Origin: an uncultured Acidobacteriota bacterium
GTDB lineage: Bacteria; Acidobacteriota; Thermoanaerobaculia; Gp7-AA8
NCBI GenBank assembly: GCA_963741955.1
Contig: CAVUKB010000007.1
Span: 384,001 to 448,000 of the forward strand
Length of the DNA stretch: 64,000 nucleotides
Direction: 5' to 3'
Shown here: positions 40,072-48,967 of the stretch, one piece after another
Numbering within the stretch: position 1 is the first letter of the stretch
How the letters are laid out: each line of letters opens with the position of its first letter
Translations under genes and position numbers: made by a program
The notes under the pieces: model-generated
Databases searched by the model: none
Seen by the model: the letters and a program-made list of their open reading frames with translations, nothing else
What the model was told of the DNA's origin: nothing

Positions 40072-41637
40072 TCACAACCCGATCACCGTCACCCGATCCG
40101 AATCGGCGGCAGCGACCGCGCGCATGCGCCGCACCAGCTCGGAGCCGAAGCGGTCCCACCACGTGATCCAGGCCGCGACGCGATCCTGCGGCTGCCCGAG
40201 TGGATTGAGAGCTCCGGTGATTTTCTGAATGGCGCGGAGCCGCTCGACGTCGCGTCTGCCGAGCGCACGTTCGCCCCGTTCCCCGAGCCTTTGGAGTTGA
40301 TAGCGGATCTTCCGCAGCGATCGGGTGACGGGCCGGTCGAGGGAGCCATCGGAACGGCGGACGGCATCCGCTAGCGGCTCGAGCTCGGCGAGAAAAGCAC
40401 GTCGCGCCCTCTCGATCGATACCTCGAGCTCCCGCCGCGCCGGCTCTTCCCGGCGTGCGAGGATCGAATCGACAGGATCGAAGACCTCACTCATGCCGAG
40501 CCCCCAGCGGTCGATCTTCCGCAGAATCTTCGACGACGCGAGGAGGACGTGTCCCCGGAGCGCGACCGCCGGACGAGGGATCTCGCATATTTCGTGGATC
40601 ACCGACGACTGCGCGTAATAGGAGACTTCGGCCGGGCCTCCGACGAAGAGCTGCGGGTGAAGAACGAGATCCTGCAGAGCTGGGCGGGTGAGGGCGGAGG
40701 TGGAGACGGACTCCGGAGCGTCGTGAATGATGGCGAGGAGCTCCTCGGCGGAGCTCTTTCTTCCCGCCAGAGTCCAGACCTGACCCTTTTTCGCGATGGG
40801 GAGCCGGACGCCCTCGCGCGTGAGATAGAGGAGCGTGTAGGTTCCGTCTTCGTCCGCCACGATCTGCGGCGGGTACCCCGCGGATTCGATCGCGGCGCGA
40901 CGCTCTCTCAGACCTTCCTGGACGGCATCCCACTCCCGGACGATCTTTTCGAACAGAGGAGCGCCGGCGCGGCGGAGCTCGGGAAGGAGAGCGTCCACCA
41001 GCACGACCTCTCCCGGCACCACCGAGGCGATCAGGCGTGCGAACGAATCGCGAAAGCTGATCCCCGGACGGAGGAACTCGCCGTCGATTCCGCTCCGCTC
41101 GATGAACGCGCGCCGGAGTGATTCCGGGAGTGCGATCTCTCCGACCATCCGGCGGGTGAGCGGTCGCTCGGCTGCGCGGAGCGTCACCGCGCCGTCCTGT
41201 GAATCGATGGTGATCGTCGCCACCTCGTCGTAGTCGTGGTCTTCCGTCGCGAGCCAGAAGAAGATGGTGCTCTCCACTCCCTTCGCCGCGAGCTCGTCCT
41301 TCGCGTGAAGAAGCGAGGCGATCTTGGCCAGGGTGTAGAGCGGCCCTCCCGCGAATCCGGTCTGCTGTCCCGCGATCAGCGCGACGCTGCGCCCTTCGGC
41401 CCATCGATCCAGCGAGCCACCGACGTCGTTTCCCCATCCGCGATTCTGCTCGTTCAGAGCGGCAACGAGCGCGGAGTCGCGAACGACATCTGCCGGTGAG
41501 AGTGCGCCATCCGGAGGGGTGACGAAACGCGTCGCTGCAGGAGCCCGACGCACCAGATCGAGAGCGAACCGGCTGATCCCCGGGTACTCGCCGAGGGCAA
41601 AGCTGCGACAGTCGGCAGGCGTTTCCGTCGAGGTCAT
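40072..41637 (-). CDS. bshC: Bacillithiol cysteine-adding enzyme
   Basis: AGQQTGFAGGPLYTLAK, FWLATEDHDYDE, LTRP..QD, GGPAEVSYYAQ, PQDR. Confidence 0.93.
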   Translation of the reverse strand: MTSTETPADCRSFALGEYPGISRFALDLVRRAPAATRFVTPPDGALSPADVVRDSALVAALNEQNRGWGNDVGGSLDRWAEGRSVALIAGQQTGFAGGPLYTLAKIASLLHAKDELAAKGVESTIFFWLATEDHDYDEVATITIDSQDGAVTLRAAERPLTRRMVGEIALPESLRRAFIERSGIDGEFLRPGISFRDSFARLIASVVPGEVVLVDALLPELRRAGAPLFEKIVREWDAVQEGLRERRAAIESAGYPPQIVADEDGTYTLLYLTREGVRLPIAKKGQVWTLAGRKSSAEELLAIIHDAPESVSTSALTRPALQDLVLHPQLFVGGPAEVSYYAQSSVIHEICEIPRPAVALRGHVLLASSKILRKIDRWGLGMSEVFDPVDSILARREEPARRELEVSIERARRAFLAELEPLADAVRRSDGSLDRPVTRSLRKIRYQLQRLGERGERALGRRDVERLRAIQKITGALNPLGQPQDRVAAWITWWDRFGSELVRRMRAVAAADSDRVTVIGL

Positions 41638-42347
41638 CGTCTTCGCATTCCGATCACGATCAGCCGCGGACTCATCTCCGCGAGCGGGCTTCCATCGAAA
41701 TCGCCGTACACGTCCCGGATGGCAAAACCCGACGAGGCGAAAAGAGTCGAGATCTCGTCGAGATCATACCCTCTGACCCGCTCGAGATAGCGCCGTGATC
41801 CGATGGTGATCCGCTTGTTGAATGCGCGGCTGCTCGAGTCGAACCATCGCTCGATCTTCACCGTTCCGCTTTCGCTCTCCCGCGTCTCCTCCTGCACCAG
41901 AAGCGAGAGCTCACGGTGAACATTGAGATAGTCGAAGAGGAATGGCGCTTCCGGCTGCAGGACCCGGCACATCTCGCGGACCACCTGCGCGTTCTCTTCC
42001 TCGTGCTCGAAGTAACCGAAGCTGGTGAAGAAGTTCACCAGCGCAGCGAAGCTCGAATCCGCGAACGGGAGGAGCCGCATGTCGGCCCGGCCGACCCGCA
42101 GCCTCGGCTCACGACGCATCCCGGTGCGGAGGAGGACCCAGGAGAGATCGCAGCCGATGGCGTGGTATCCGGCGTCGAGAAATTCTTCGAGGTGACGGCC
42201 GCTGCCGCAGGCGAGATCGAGAATCGGACCACGGCGGTGGCCGAAATGATGCTGGAAAAACGCGACGTGTCGCTTCGCCTCCTCCTCGTCCCGATGCGAG
42301 TAGAGATCGAGATACTCCTCACCGAACCATTCGCGATACCACGTCAC
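41634..42347 (-). CDS. Class I SAM-dependent methyltransferase
   Basis: LDLACGSGRH, GCDLS, ADMR, FTSFGYF; stop overlaps bshC start; start GTG 42347 inferred. Confidence 0.92.
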   Translation of the reverse strand: MTWYREWFGEEYLDLYSHRDEEEAKRHVAFFQHHFGHRRGPILDLACGSGRHLEEFLDAGYHAIGCDLSWVLLRTGMRREPRLRVGRADMRLLPFADSSFAALVNFFTSFGYFEHEEENAQVVREMCRVLQPEAPFLFDYLNVHRELSLLVQEETRESESGTVKIERWFDSSSRAFNKRITIGSRRYLERVRGYDLDEISTLFASSGFAIRDVYGDFDGSPLAEMSPRLIVIGMRRR

Positions 42348-42433
42348 GCGCTCTGCCTCCCCGCTGTTCGTGCAGCACTCCGCGAGCGCTGTTGCCAGAC
42401 TCTCGCCAGAACTCTCCTCCGCCGGTCGCGGTC

Positions 42434-43501
42434 TCAATTCCCGAGCCGCGAGAGAAGCAGCCGCTCCTGCCGCCGGGCAGAGGCGAGCGCCTTCTCGAGC
42501 GTTGCGATCAGATCGCGGGTCTCCGAGAGGAGCTTTTCCGCATCTTCCGAATCGAGCTTCGATCCGGTCGCGAGCGGGATCTCGCTGGAGCCGTCGCTGA
42601 CGATCGCCGAGTCGATGGCGAATGGCTCCGGATCGGGAGCGAAAGGCTCCGTATCCATCACGAACGGCGATCCGGCCCCTGCGGCGAGGACTGCCGGATC
42701 GACTTCGAATGCGTCGGAAGAGACCGCGATCTCGTCGAACGGGGATGCCGCGGGCCCGCTCGCAGCTCGAGGGGGAGCCGAGACACCCGACCGGTGGGCC
42801 GCGGCGTCGGTCGCGGCGGAGGACGTGGTCACGCTCCGGTCGCCCGACGCGCTGATTCCGGACGGGACCGAGAGATTCGGCTTCTGAAGGGGAGCTTCCT
42901 CGTAGAGAGTGGTGTCCACGTTGTTCTTGAGGTTCTCGAGGATCAATCCGACCGCGCTCCTCAGGGTCGCGGTGACTCCGGTCCCCTGAATGGCCACTGC
43001 CTCGAGCACCGGTGCGCGGCCCGGCTGGAGGTACTCGGTGATCTCGTCGACCGGCGAGACGTTCGGCAGGTCGCGCTTGTTGTATTGGAAGACGATCGGG
43101 ACTCTGTCGGGATCGAGCCGGTTGATGCGCAGATTGGTCCGCAGATTTTCGAGACTCTGCAGGTTCGATTCGCGCATCGAATCCTGAGAATCGGCGACGA
43201 AGACCACTCCGTCTGCGCCGCGAAGGACCAGCTTTCGCGTCGCATCGTAGAAGACCTGACCGGGAACGGTATAGAGCTGAACCCGCACTTTCTGGCCGGC
43301 GATGGTTCCGAGCTCCATCGGCATGAAGTCGAAGAAAAGAGTCCGATCGGTCTCGGTGGACATCGAGATCATCTTCCCCTTGTTCTGCAGCTTCGGGTTG
43401 CCGTAGATCTTTTCGAGGTTGGTGGTTTTTCCGCAGAGGCCGGGACCGTAGTAGACGAGCTTTACGGTGACCTCGTTCAGAGCCTTGTTGATCAGAACCA
43501 T
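42434..43501 (-). CDS. MglA-like small GTPase with long C-terminal extension
   Basis: KLVYYGPGLCGKTTNL, TETDRTLFFDF, LYTVPGQVFY, QYNKRDL. Confidence 0.92.
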   Translation of the reverse strand: MVLINKALNEVTVKLVYYGPGLCGKTTNLEKIYGNPKLQNKGKMISMSTETDRTLFFDFMPMELGTIAGQKVRVQLYTVPGQVFYDATRKLVLRGADGVVFVADSQDSMRESNLQSLENLRTNLRINRLDPDRVPIVFQYNKRDLPNVSPVDEITEYLQPGRAPVLEAVAIQGTGVTATLRSAVGLILENLKNNVDTTLYEEAPLQKPNLSVPSGISASGDRSVTTSSAATDAAAHRSGVSAPPRAASGPAASPFDEIAVSSDAFEVDPAVLAAGAGSPFVMDTEPFAPDPEPFAIDSAIVSDGSSEIPLATGSKLDSEDAEKLLSETRDLIATLEKALASARRQERLLLSRLGN

Positions 43502-43601
43502 GGACGCCTCCGTCCTCGAGAAACGATGCGAAGAGCTTAGCACGCCCGAAACGAGTTTCGTCACCCGCCCGAAGCTGCTATAAACAGCGTTGGAGCGGAT
43601 G

Positions 43602-44282
43602 ATGAGCCGAAAAGACGAACTATTCGAGCACGTCCTCAACCACGTGATCATCGGCGTGGTTCGAGAGGAGAATGCAGATGACGCGTGGGAGATCGCCCAG
43701 GCGTACGCCGAGAGCGGACTTCGGGTGATCGAAGTGACGATGACCACCCCGGAGGCGGTCGCGATCGTCTCGCGCCTCTCTGAGCGATACGGTGAGCGCG
43801 GAGTGGTCATTGCGGCCGGGACGGTGCGATCGACCGACGACGCTTCGGCCGCACGGCGCGCCGGAGCGGAGGTGATCGTTTCGCCACACACCGATCGGCG
43901 GGTGATCGAATACTCCATCGAGCACGATCTCCTCTCCGTCGCAGGGGCCGCAACCGCGACCGAGATCATCCGCGCATGGGAGCTCGGCGCTGGCGTGATC
44001 AAGGTCTATCCCGCCGGCCTCCTCGGCGGTCCGGAGTACATCCGCACCGTCCGGCAGCCGATCCGCGGCATCCCGATGCTCGCAGGGGGGCCGGTACCGC
44101 TGGAACTGATCGACTCGTATCTCGATGCGGGATGCGTTGCGCTGAACCTCGGCGGATCACTCGCGGGCGCGGATCTGGTCCGAGCGAAGAACTGGACCGA
44201 GATCGGCCGGAGGGTCACCATGGCCATCTCCGCGGTCAACGCGTGGAAACAGCAGCGTCACTCGTCCGAACTGGTGCACTGA
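43602..44282 (+). CDS. KDPG/KHG aldolase family protein
   Basis: IGVVR, IEVTMTTP, AGTV, IVSPH, TEI, IKVYPA. Confidence 0.88.
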   Translation: MSRKDELFEHVLNHVIIGVVREENADDAWEIAQAYAESGLRVIEVTMTTPEAVAIVSRLSERYGERGVVIAAGTVRSTDDASAARRAGAEVIVSPHTDRRVIEYSIEHDLLSVAGAATATEIIRAWELGAGVIKVYPAGLLGGPEYIRTVRQPIRGIPMLAGGPVPLELIDSYLDAGCVALNLGGSLAGADLVRAKNWTEIGRRVTMAISAVNAWKQQRHSSELVH

Positions 44283-44286
44283 GCCC

Positions 44287-44781
44287 ATGATCCATCTCCT
44301 CTCCTCCATGCTTCTGCTCTTCGCGGGACTCCCGTCGACTTCTCTCACGGGATGGATGCAGCCCGCCTCCTTTCAGCTCTCGATCGGAATGAGCGAGAAA
44401 GCGGCACTGGCGCATCTTCAGGACAGAGGGTGGGATGTGAAAGAAGGAAAAGAGAAGGGGCAGAAGGCGATCGACTACGACGAGGGAAAGAGCGTCACGC
44501 TCGGGTTCTCCCGTGGACGTCTGGAGTCGATCCGTTTCGAGTACGTCGGGTTCGTGCCACAGGTGCAGCTCGCATTCGAGGAAGCGCGGGAACGGCTCCG
44601 GAGAAGACGAGGCTTGCCGCAGACGTCGACGGAGAAGATTCTGATTTACGACACTCCGTCGCCGCTCGATCCGAGCGCTCCGGACGTGACGGTCATTCTC
44701 TCGGCGGACTCTTCGACCAGCTTCGGCCGTCAGGGGCTCGGTTTTCTGGTGATCCGCTACTTCGCGCCGCCGGCGAAGTAG
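44287..44781 (+). CDS. Hypothetical exported protein
   Basis: Starts 4 bp after aldolase stop; hydrophobic N-terminus. Confidence 0.7.
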   Translation: MIHLLSSMLLLFAGLPSTSLTGWMQPASFQLSIGMSEKAALAHLQDRGWDVKEGKEKGQKAIDYDEGKSVTLGFSRGRLESIRFEYVGFVPQVQLAFEEARERLRRRRGLPQTSTEKILIYDTPSPLDPSAPDVTVILSADSSTSFGRQGLGFLVIRYFAPPAK

Positions 44782-46688
44782 TTGGCCGGCTTCTCCGCTT
44801 CGCGGGTCGTCGCCTCGCTCGGGGACGGTTGACCGTTCCAGATGAAGACGCCCTGACCGTCGGTGCCGATGACGATCCGTCCGCCGTTGAACGGGTCGAG
44901 TGCGACGGTCCCGACGGTGGCCGATTCGGCGGGGAGTGAGAACGTCCGCCACTCGCTGCGGCCCTCGTTGACCAGCAGTTTCTTCTGTCCCTCTGCCGCG
45001 ACCACCAGCCGGTCGGGCATTTCTCCCTGCTGGTAGACCGCAACCGGGGCGACGCGCTGCGCCTGCGTCTCGTTCCAGCGGAACTGCGGGTCGACGCTTC
45101 CGGAGAGAAGTCCTTTCGACCCGGCGACGATGACGATTTCACGATCACCGTTCTTTCGGAATCCGACCGTGCGACCGGTCGGTGAGCCGTCGACGTGTCG
45201 CCACGTCTCGCCGTCGAACACACTCAACCCGTCCGCGGTCAGCGTCAGGAGAACCGGCCTTCCGCGCAACGTGCCGATCGTGAGGTCCGTCACGGCGGCC
45301 TTCAGATCGCCGAGCCGGGACCAGCTCCGTCCCGAATCACGGCTGGTGTAGACCCCGTCCGTCGTCGCGGCGAAGAGGCGCGCTCCATTCCAGGGGACGA
45401 TCCGGCCGAACCGGATCGGGTCCATCGCCGGCTCCGCTTTGGTCCACTTCGTTCCGTCCTCACTCCAGAAGACTCCCTGGTCGGTACCGGCCAGGTAGCG
45501 CGGGGCGGCGCTGCGACGCACCACCAGCGAGAGGATCTCGGGAAGCCGGGTCTCGTTGATTTTTCGCCAGCTCCGTCCCTCGTCATCGGACTGATAGATC
45601 CCCGATGCGGCGCCCCCGAAGTAGACCGCGGCGTAGATGCGCCCTTCGACGTTCGGATCGCCGGCGACTGCGGCGACTTTGACGTTGTAGAGCCCTTCGC
45701 TGGAGCGCTGGAATGTCGCTCCACCGTCATTGGAAACGTAGACCCCGTCCCCTTCGGTTCCGAGAATGATCCGCCTGGGGCGATCCCGGTGGAGGGCGAT
45801 CGCGTTGATAGTGAGGTCTTCGGTCGAGATCAGTGCGAACTTCTTTCCTGCGTCCGTCGAGCGATAGAGCCCCGCCACCGAGCCGGCGTAGATGGTGTCG
45901 GGATTGTTCGGATCGATCGCGACGTCGTGAATCCGTCGGTTGTCGAACCCGTCGCGGTAACGGACCCACTTCTCCCCCTGATCGAGTGAGCAGTACGTCC
46001 AGCCGCAGGTCGCGAGCCAGACCCGGTCCGGATTGGCCGGGTCGATGTGGATGGCGAAGACATCCGTGTCGAGCACCATCCCTTCCGCGACGCGCTTCCA
46101 TGTCTTTCCGCCATCGACGGTGCGGAAGGTCTGGCGCCATGTGCCGACGTAGATCGTGTCGGGATGCCGCGGGTCGACGGCGAGGGACTCGACGTTCTCC
46201 TGGTCCGAGATCCGGACCCAGCTCTTCCCTTCATCCGAGCTGCGCCAGATGCCGCCGAGACCACCGGCTACGAGTGAATGCGAATCGCTCGAATCGAGAG
46301 CCAGGGCGCGGATCGACTGATCGCGCAGCCCTTCGTCGCGGCGGAACCACGTCTTCCCTCCATCGTTCGAGACGGCGATTACGCTCCCGCCCCACAGCCC
46401 CCAGCAGGCGGCCCAGAGCCGCCCGCGCAAGTCGATCTCGAGATTGTCGACGACATAGCCGGGAAACGGCGTGCTCCCGCGCGGGTTGGTCCAGCTCTTT
46501 CCGCCGTCGAGCGAACGGTACACCTCGCCCTGGCTGGTGCCGAGATACACGGTGTCGGGATGCGCCGGATCGACGACCAGAGCGCGGACGTCCGCGCCGT
46601 AAAGTCCCGCGCGTGTCCACGCCGCTTCGAGAGGTGCGACTGCAAGAAGTGGCAGAATGATGAAGAGAAGTCCGATTGTCCTTCGCAT
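44757..46688 (-). CDS. Exported BNR/YCF48-like beta-propeller protein
   Basis: Signal peptide; repeated SxDGGKxW and VDPxxPDTIY motifs. Confidence 0.88.
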   Translation of the reverse strand: MRRTIGLLFIILPLLAVAPLEAAWTRAGLYGADVRALVVDPAHPDTVYLGTSQGEVYRSLDGGKSWTNPRGSTPFPGYVVDNLEIDLRGRLWAACWGLWGGSVIAVSNDGGKTWFRRDEGLRDQSIRALALDSSDSHSLVAGGLGGIWRSSDEGKSWVRISDQENVESLAVDPRHPDTIYVGTWRQTFRTVDGGKTWKRVAEGMVLDTDVFAIHIDPANPDRVWLATCGWTYCSLDQGEKWVRYRDGFDNRRIHDVAIDPNNPDTIYAGSVAGLYRSTDAGKKFALISTEDLTINAIALHRDRPRRIILGTEGDGVYVSNDGGATFQRSSEGLYNVKVAAVAGDPNVEGRIYAAVYFGGAASGIYQSDDEGRSWRKINETRLPEILSLVVRRSAAPRYLAGTDQGVFWSEDGTKWTKAEPAMDPIRFGRIVPWNGARLFAATTDGVYTSRDSGRSWSRLGDLKAAVTDLTIGTLRGRPVLLTLTADGLSVFDGETWRHVDGSPTGRTVGFRKNGDREIVIVAGSKGLLSGSVDPQFRWNETQAQRVAPVAVYQQGEMPDRLVVAAEGQKKLLVNEGRSEWRTFSLPAESATVGTVALDPFNGGRIVIGTDGQGVFIWNGQPSPSEATTREAEKPANYFAGGAK

Positions 46689-46978
46689 ACCCGTTCCCAC
46701 CCGATGTCTCCGACCCGGTCGTCGCCGGTTCCAGTGTAATGCCTGATTTCCGCGAGCGCCGCGGCGACTCCATCACGATCGTTCGCGTTTCGTACGGTTC
46801 GGCCGTGGCGGCCCCGATGTTCCGTTCTCGAGCAATTTCCCTGCCGTACTGCGGAGCTTCCCGAATCCGCTGCATCCTGCGTCACGCGCGGGTTCGCGGG
46901 GGTAAGGTACACTAACCGCGCGCAGCGGAACGCGGGAATTGATCCCCGCGACCAACTCTCCTGCGATCAAAAGGACCG

Positions 46979-47845
46979 ATGACGAGAATCCGAACGTGCG
47001 TCTTCCCCTGCGCCGGCTATGGGACGAGATTTCTGCCGGCGACGAAAGTCATCCCGAAGGAGATGCTCCCTCTGGTCGACAAACCGGTCGTCCAGTACGG
47101 AGTGGAGGAAGCGATTGCCTCCGGGCTCGACCGCATCATCATCGTCTCGTCGCGTGGCAAAGAGTCGATGATCGACCACTTCGACCGGAGCGCCGAGCTC
47201 GAGGAGTCGCTGCGAAGCCGTGGCAAGGGCGAGCTCCTCGAGGAGGTCGAGAAGGTCAGCCGGATGGCGGACGTGGTGTCGGTGCGGCAGAAGGAAGCGC
47301 TCGGGCTCGGCCACGCCGTATGGTCCGCGCGGGAGGCGGTCGGGAGCGAGCCGTTCGCGGTCAGCCTCCCGGACGACGTGATCCTGGCCGATCCCCCCTG
47401 TCTCCGTCAGATGCTGGATGTCTACGAGGAGACCGGACGACCGGTGATCGCCCTGATGGAGGTCGCCCCCGACGAGACCAGGCGTTACGGCATCGCCGCG
47501 GGAGAGAAGGTCGGGGATCGCCGCTGGCGTCTGACCGACATGGTCGAGAAGCCGAAGTCGGATCCCCCTTCCAATCTCGCGATCATCGGTCGCTACATCC
47601 TTCCGCCGGAGATCTTCGAGATCCTCGAGAAGACGGGGAGGGGAGCGGGTGGAGAGATTCAGATCACGGACGGACTGCGGGAACTGATGCGCCGCGGGGA
47701 GATCTACGGCTACGTATTCGAAGGGACCCGCTACGATGCGGGGGAGAAGCTCGGATACCTGCAGGCGACGGTCGCGTTCGCGCTCCGTCACCCGACGCTC
47801 GGCCCACCCTTCCGCGAATACCTGAAAAAGACATCTGAGATCTGA
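46979..47845 (+). CDS. galU: UTP--glucose-1-phosphate uridylyltransferase
   Basis: AGYGTRFLPATKVIPKEMLP, LGLGHAV, LPDD, VEKP, EIQITD. Confidence 0.96.
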   Translation: MTRIRTCVFPCAGYGTRFLPATKVIPKEMLPLVDKPVVQYGVEEAIASGLDRIIIVSSRGKESMIDHFDRSAELEESLRSRGKGELLEEVEKVSRMADVVSVRQKEALGLGHAVWSAREAVGSEPFAVSLPDDVILADPPCLRQMLDVYEETGRPVIALMEVAPDETRRYGIAAGEKVGDRRWRLTDMVEKPKSDPPSNLAIIGRYILPPEIFEILEKTGRGAGGEIQITDGLRELMRRGEIYGYVFEGTRYDAGEKLGYLQATVAFALRHPTLGPPFREYLKKTSEI

Positions 47846-48205
47846 GATCTATTATCTATTATCTGATGCTAATATCAGCTATCGATAATGTGTGGGGTAC
47901 GGTTGGTCGAGACCAAGATAGCAGATAGCAGATAGCAGATAGCAGATAGCAGATAGAGACGCAGATAGCAGATCGCAGATAGCAGATCGCAGATCGCAGA
48001 TACCAGATACCGTAGATACCAGATGAAGTTCGTTTTCGAGCGACGGGTTGATGGGGGAACTTCGATACCGCCATCCGCTCCGCTCTGGAAGCATCTCCAA
48101 TCTGATATCTGATTATCGATTATTAAGAACACACTACAATAAAAGCGATACATTTCATTAACACATAGACATCAGATAACAGATAATAGATATCAGATGA
48201 AGTTC
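47834..48205. repeat. AT-rich heptamer repeat region (GCAGATA/CCAGATA and complementary TCTGAGA/TCTATTA units)
   Basis: About 15 units at 47913-48025 plus shorter tracts; CAGATGAAGTTC at 48020 and 48194. Confidence 0.93.
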
Positions 48206-48790
48206 ATTCTTGCTTCCGCCTCTCCCCGCCGTCGCGAGCTGCTCGAGGCTCTCGGGCTGCGGATCCACGTCATTCCGAGCGGCGTCGAGGAGCAACTCGG
48301 TGCCGGAGAGTCGCCGCAGGAGTACGTCAGCCGTCTCGCGGCAGAGAAGGCCGAGGAGGTCGCGCGACGGCATCCGGAAGATTGGGTGATCGCGGCGGAT
48401 ACGGTGGTGTACATCGACGGGCGGATTCTCGAAAAACCCTCCGATCCGGCCGACGCGAAGCGGATGCTCGCGACCATCGCGGGGCGCGAGCACGAAGTCT
48501 TCACCGGAGTGGCGCTGCGGAGGATCTCCCCGGATCATCGGGACGTGAGGGTCAGTCGTACGAGAGTGCGGATGACGGTCCTTTCAGACCAGGAGATCGA
48601 GTGGTACGTGGCGACGGGAGAGCCGCTCGACAAGGCAGGGGCGTACGCGGTTCAGGGTGTCGGGGCCATGTTCATCGAATCCGTCGACGGAAACTACACG
48701 AATGTGGTGGGGCTTCCGCTGGTCACGCTTTTCGGAATGATGAAGGAAGCGGGGATTCATCCACTTCACCTCCACACTGCACTAGAATAG
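48197..48790 (+). CDS. maf: Maf-family nucleoside triphosphate pyrophosphatase
   Basis: ILASASPRRRELL, AADTVV, EKP, DKAGAYAVQG, NVVGLP. Confidence 0.96.
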   Translation: MKFILASASPRRRELLEALGLRIHVIPSGVEEQLGAGESPQEYVSRLAAEKAEEVARRHPEDWVIAADTVVYIDGRILEKPSDPADAKRMLATIAGREHEVFTGVALRRISPDHRDVRVSRTRVRMTVLSDQEIEWYVATGEPLDKAGAYAVQGVGAMFIESVDGNYTNVVGLPLVTLFGMMKEAGIHPLHLHTALE

Positions 48791-48967
48791 CGCGCGGGCC
48801 GGGCCCGGCGGCGATTCTTGCATCGCCACGCGCACGGAACCGCGACGGCAGCGAGCGTCGCGACCCGGTCCGGATCATTTGCTGCAGTTTGGGCACGTGA
48901 TCGCACTCGCGCTTGCGGATGCGACCACCGGGCGGTCCGGTGAACCGAAGGAACTGAGGAGTCCAGC

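Noticed and set aside
43602-44282. Entner-Doudoroff operon
   Set aside because: Aldolase is alone, with no edd or kdgK nearby, so no gene symbol or pathway was assigned
48024-48063. TGAAGTTC...GGGAACTTC resembling the IS TIRs (possible MITE)
   Set aside because: Only 8-9 bp match and no TSD; may be chance
47859-48153. Small ORFs with ICYLLSA repeats, and the extended bshB1 N-terminus to 40162
   Set aside because: Translations of heptamer repeats
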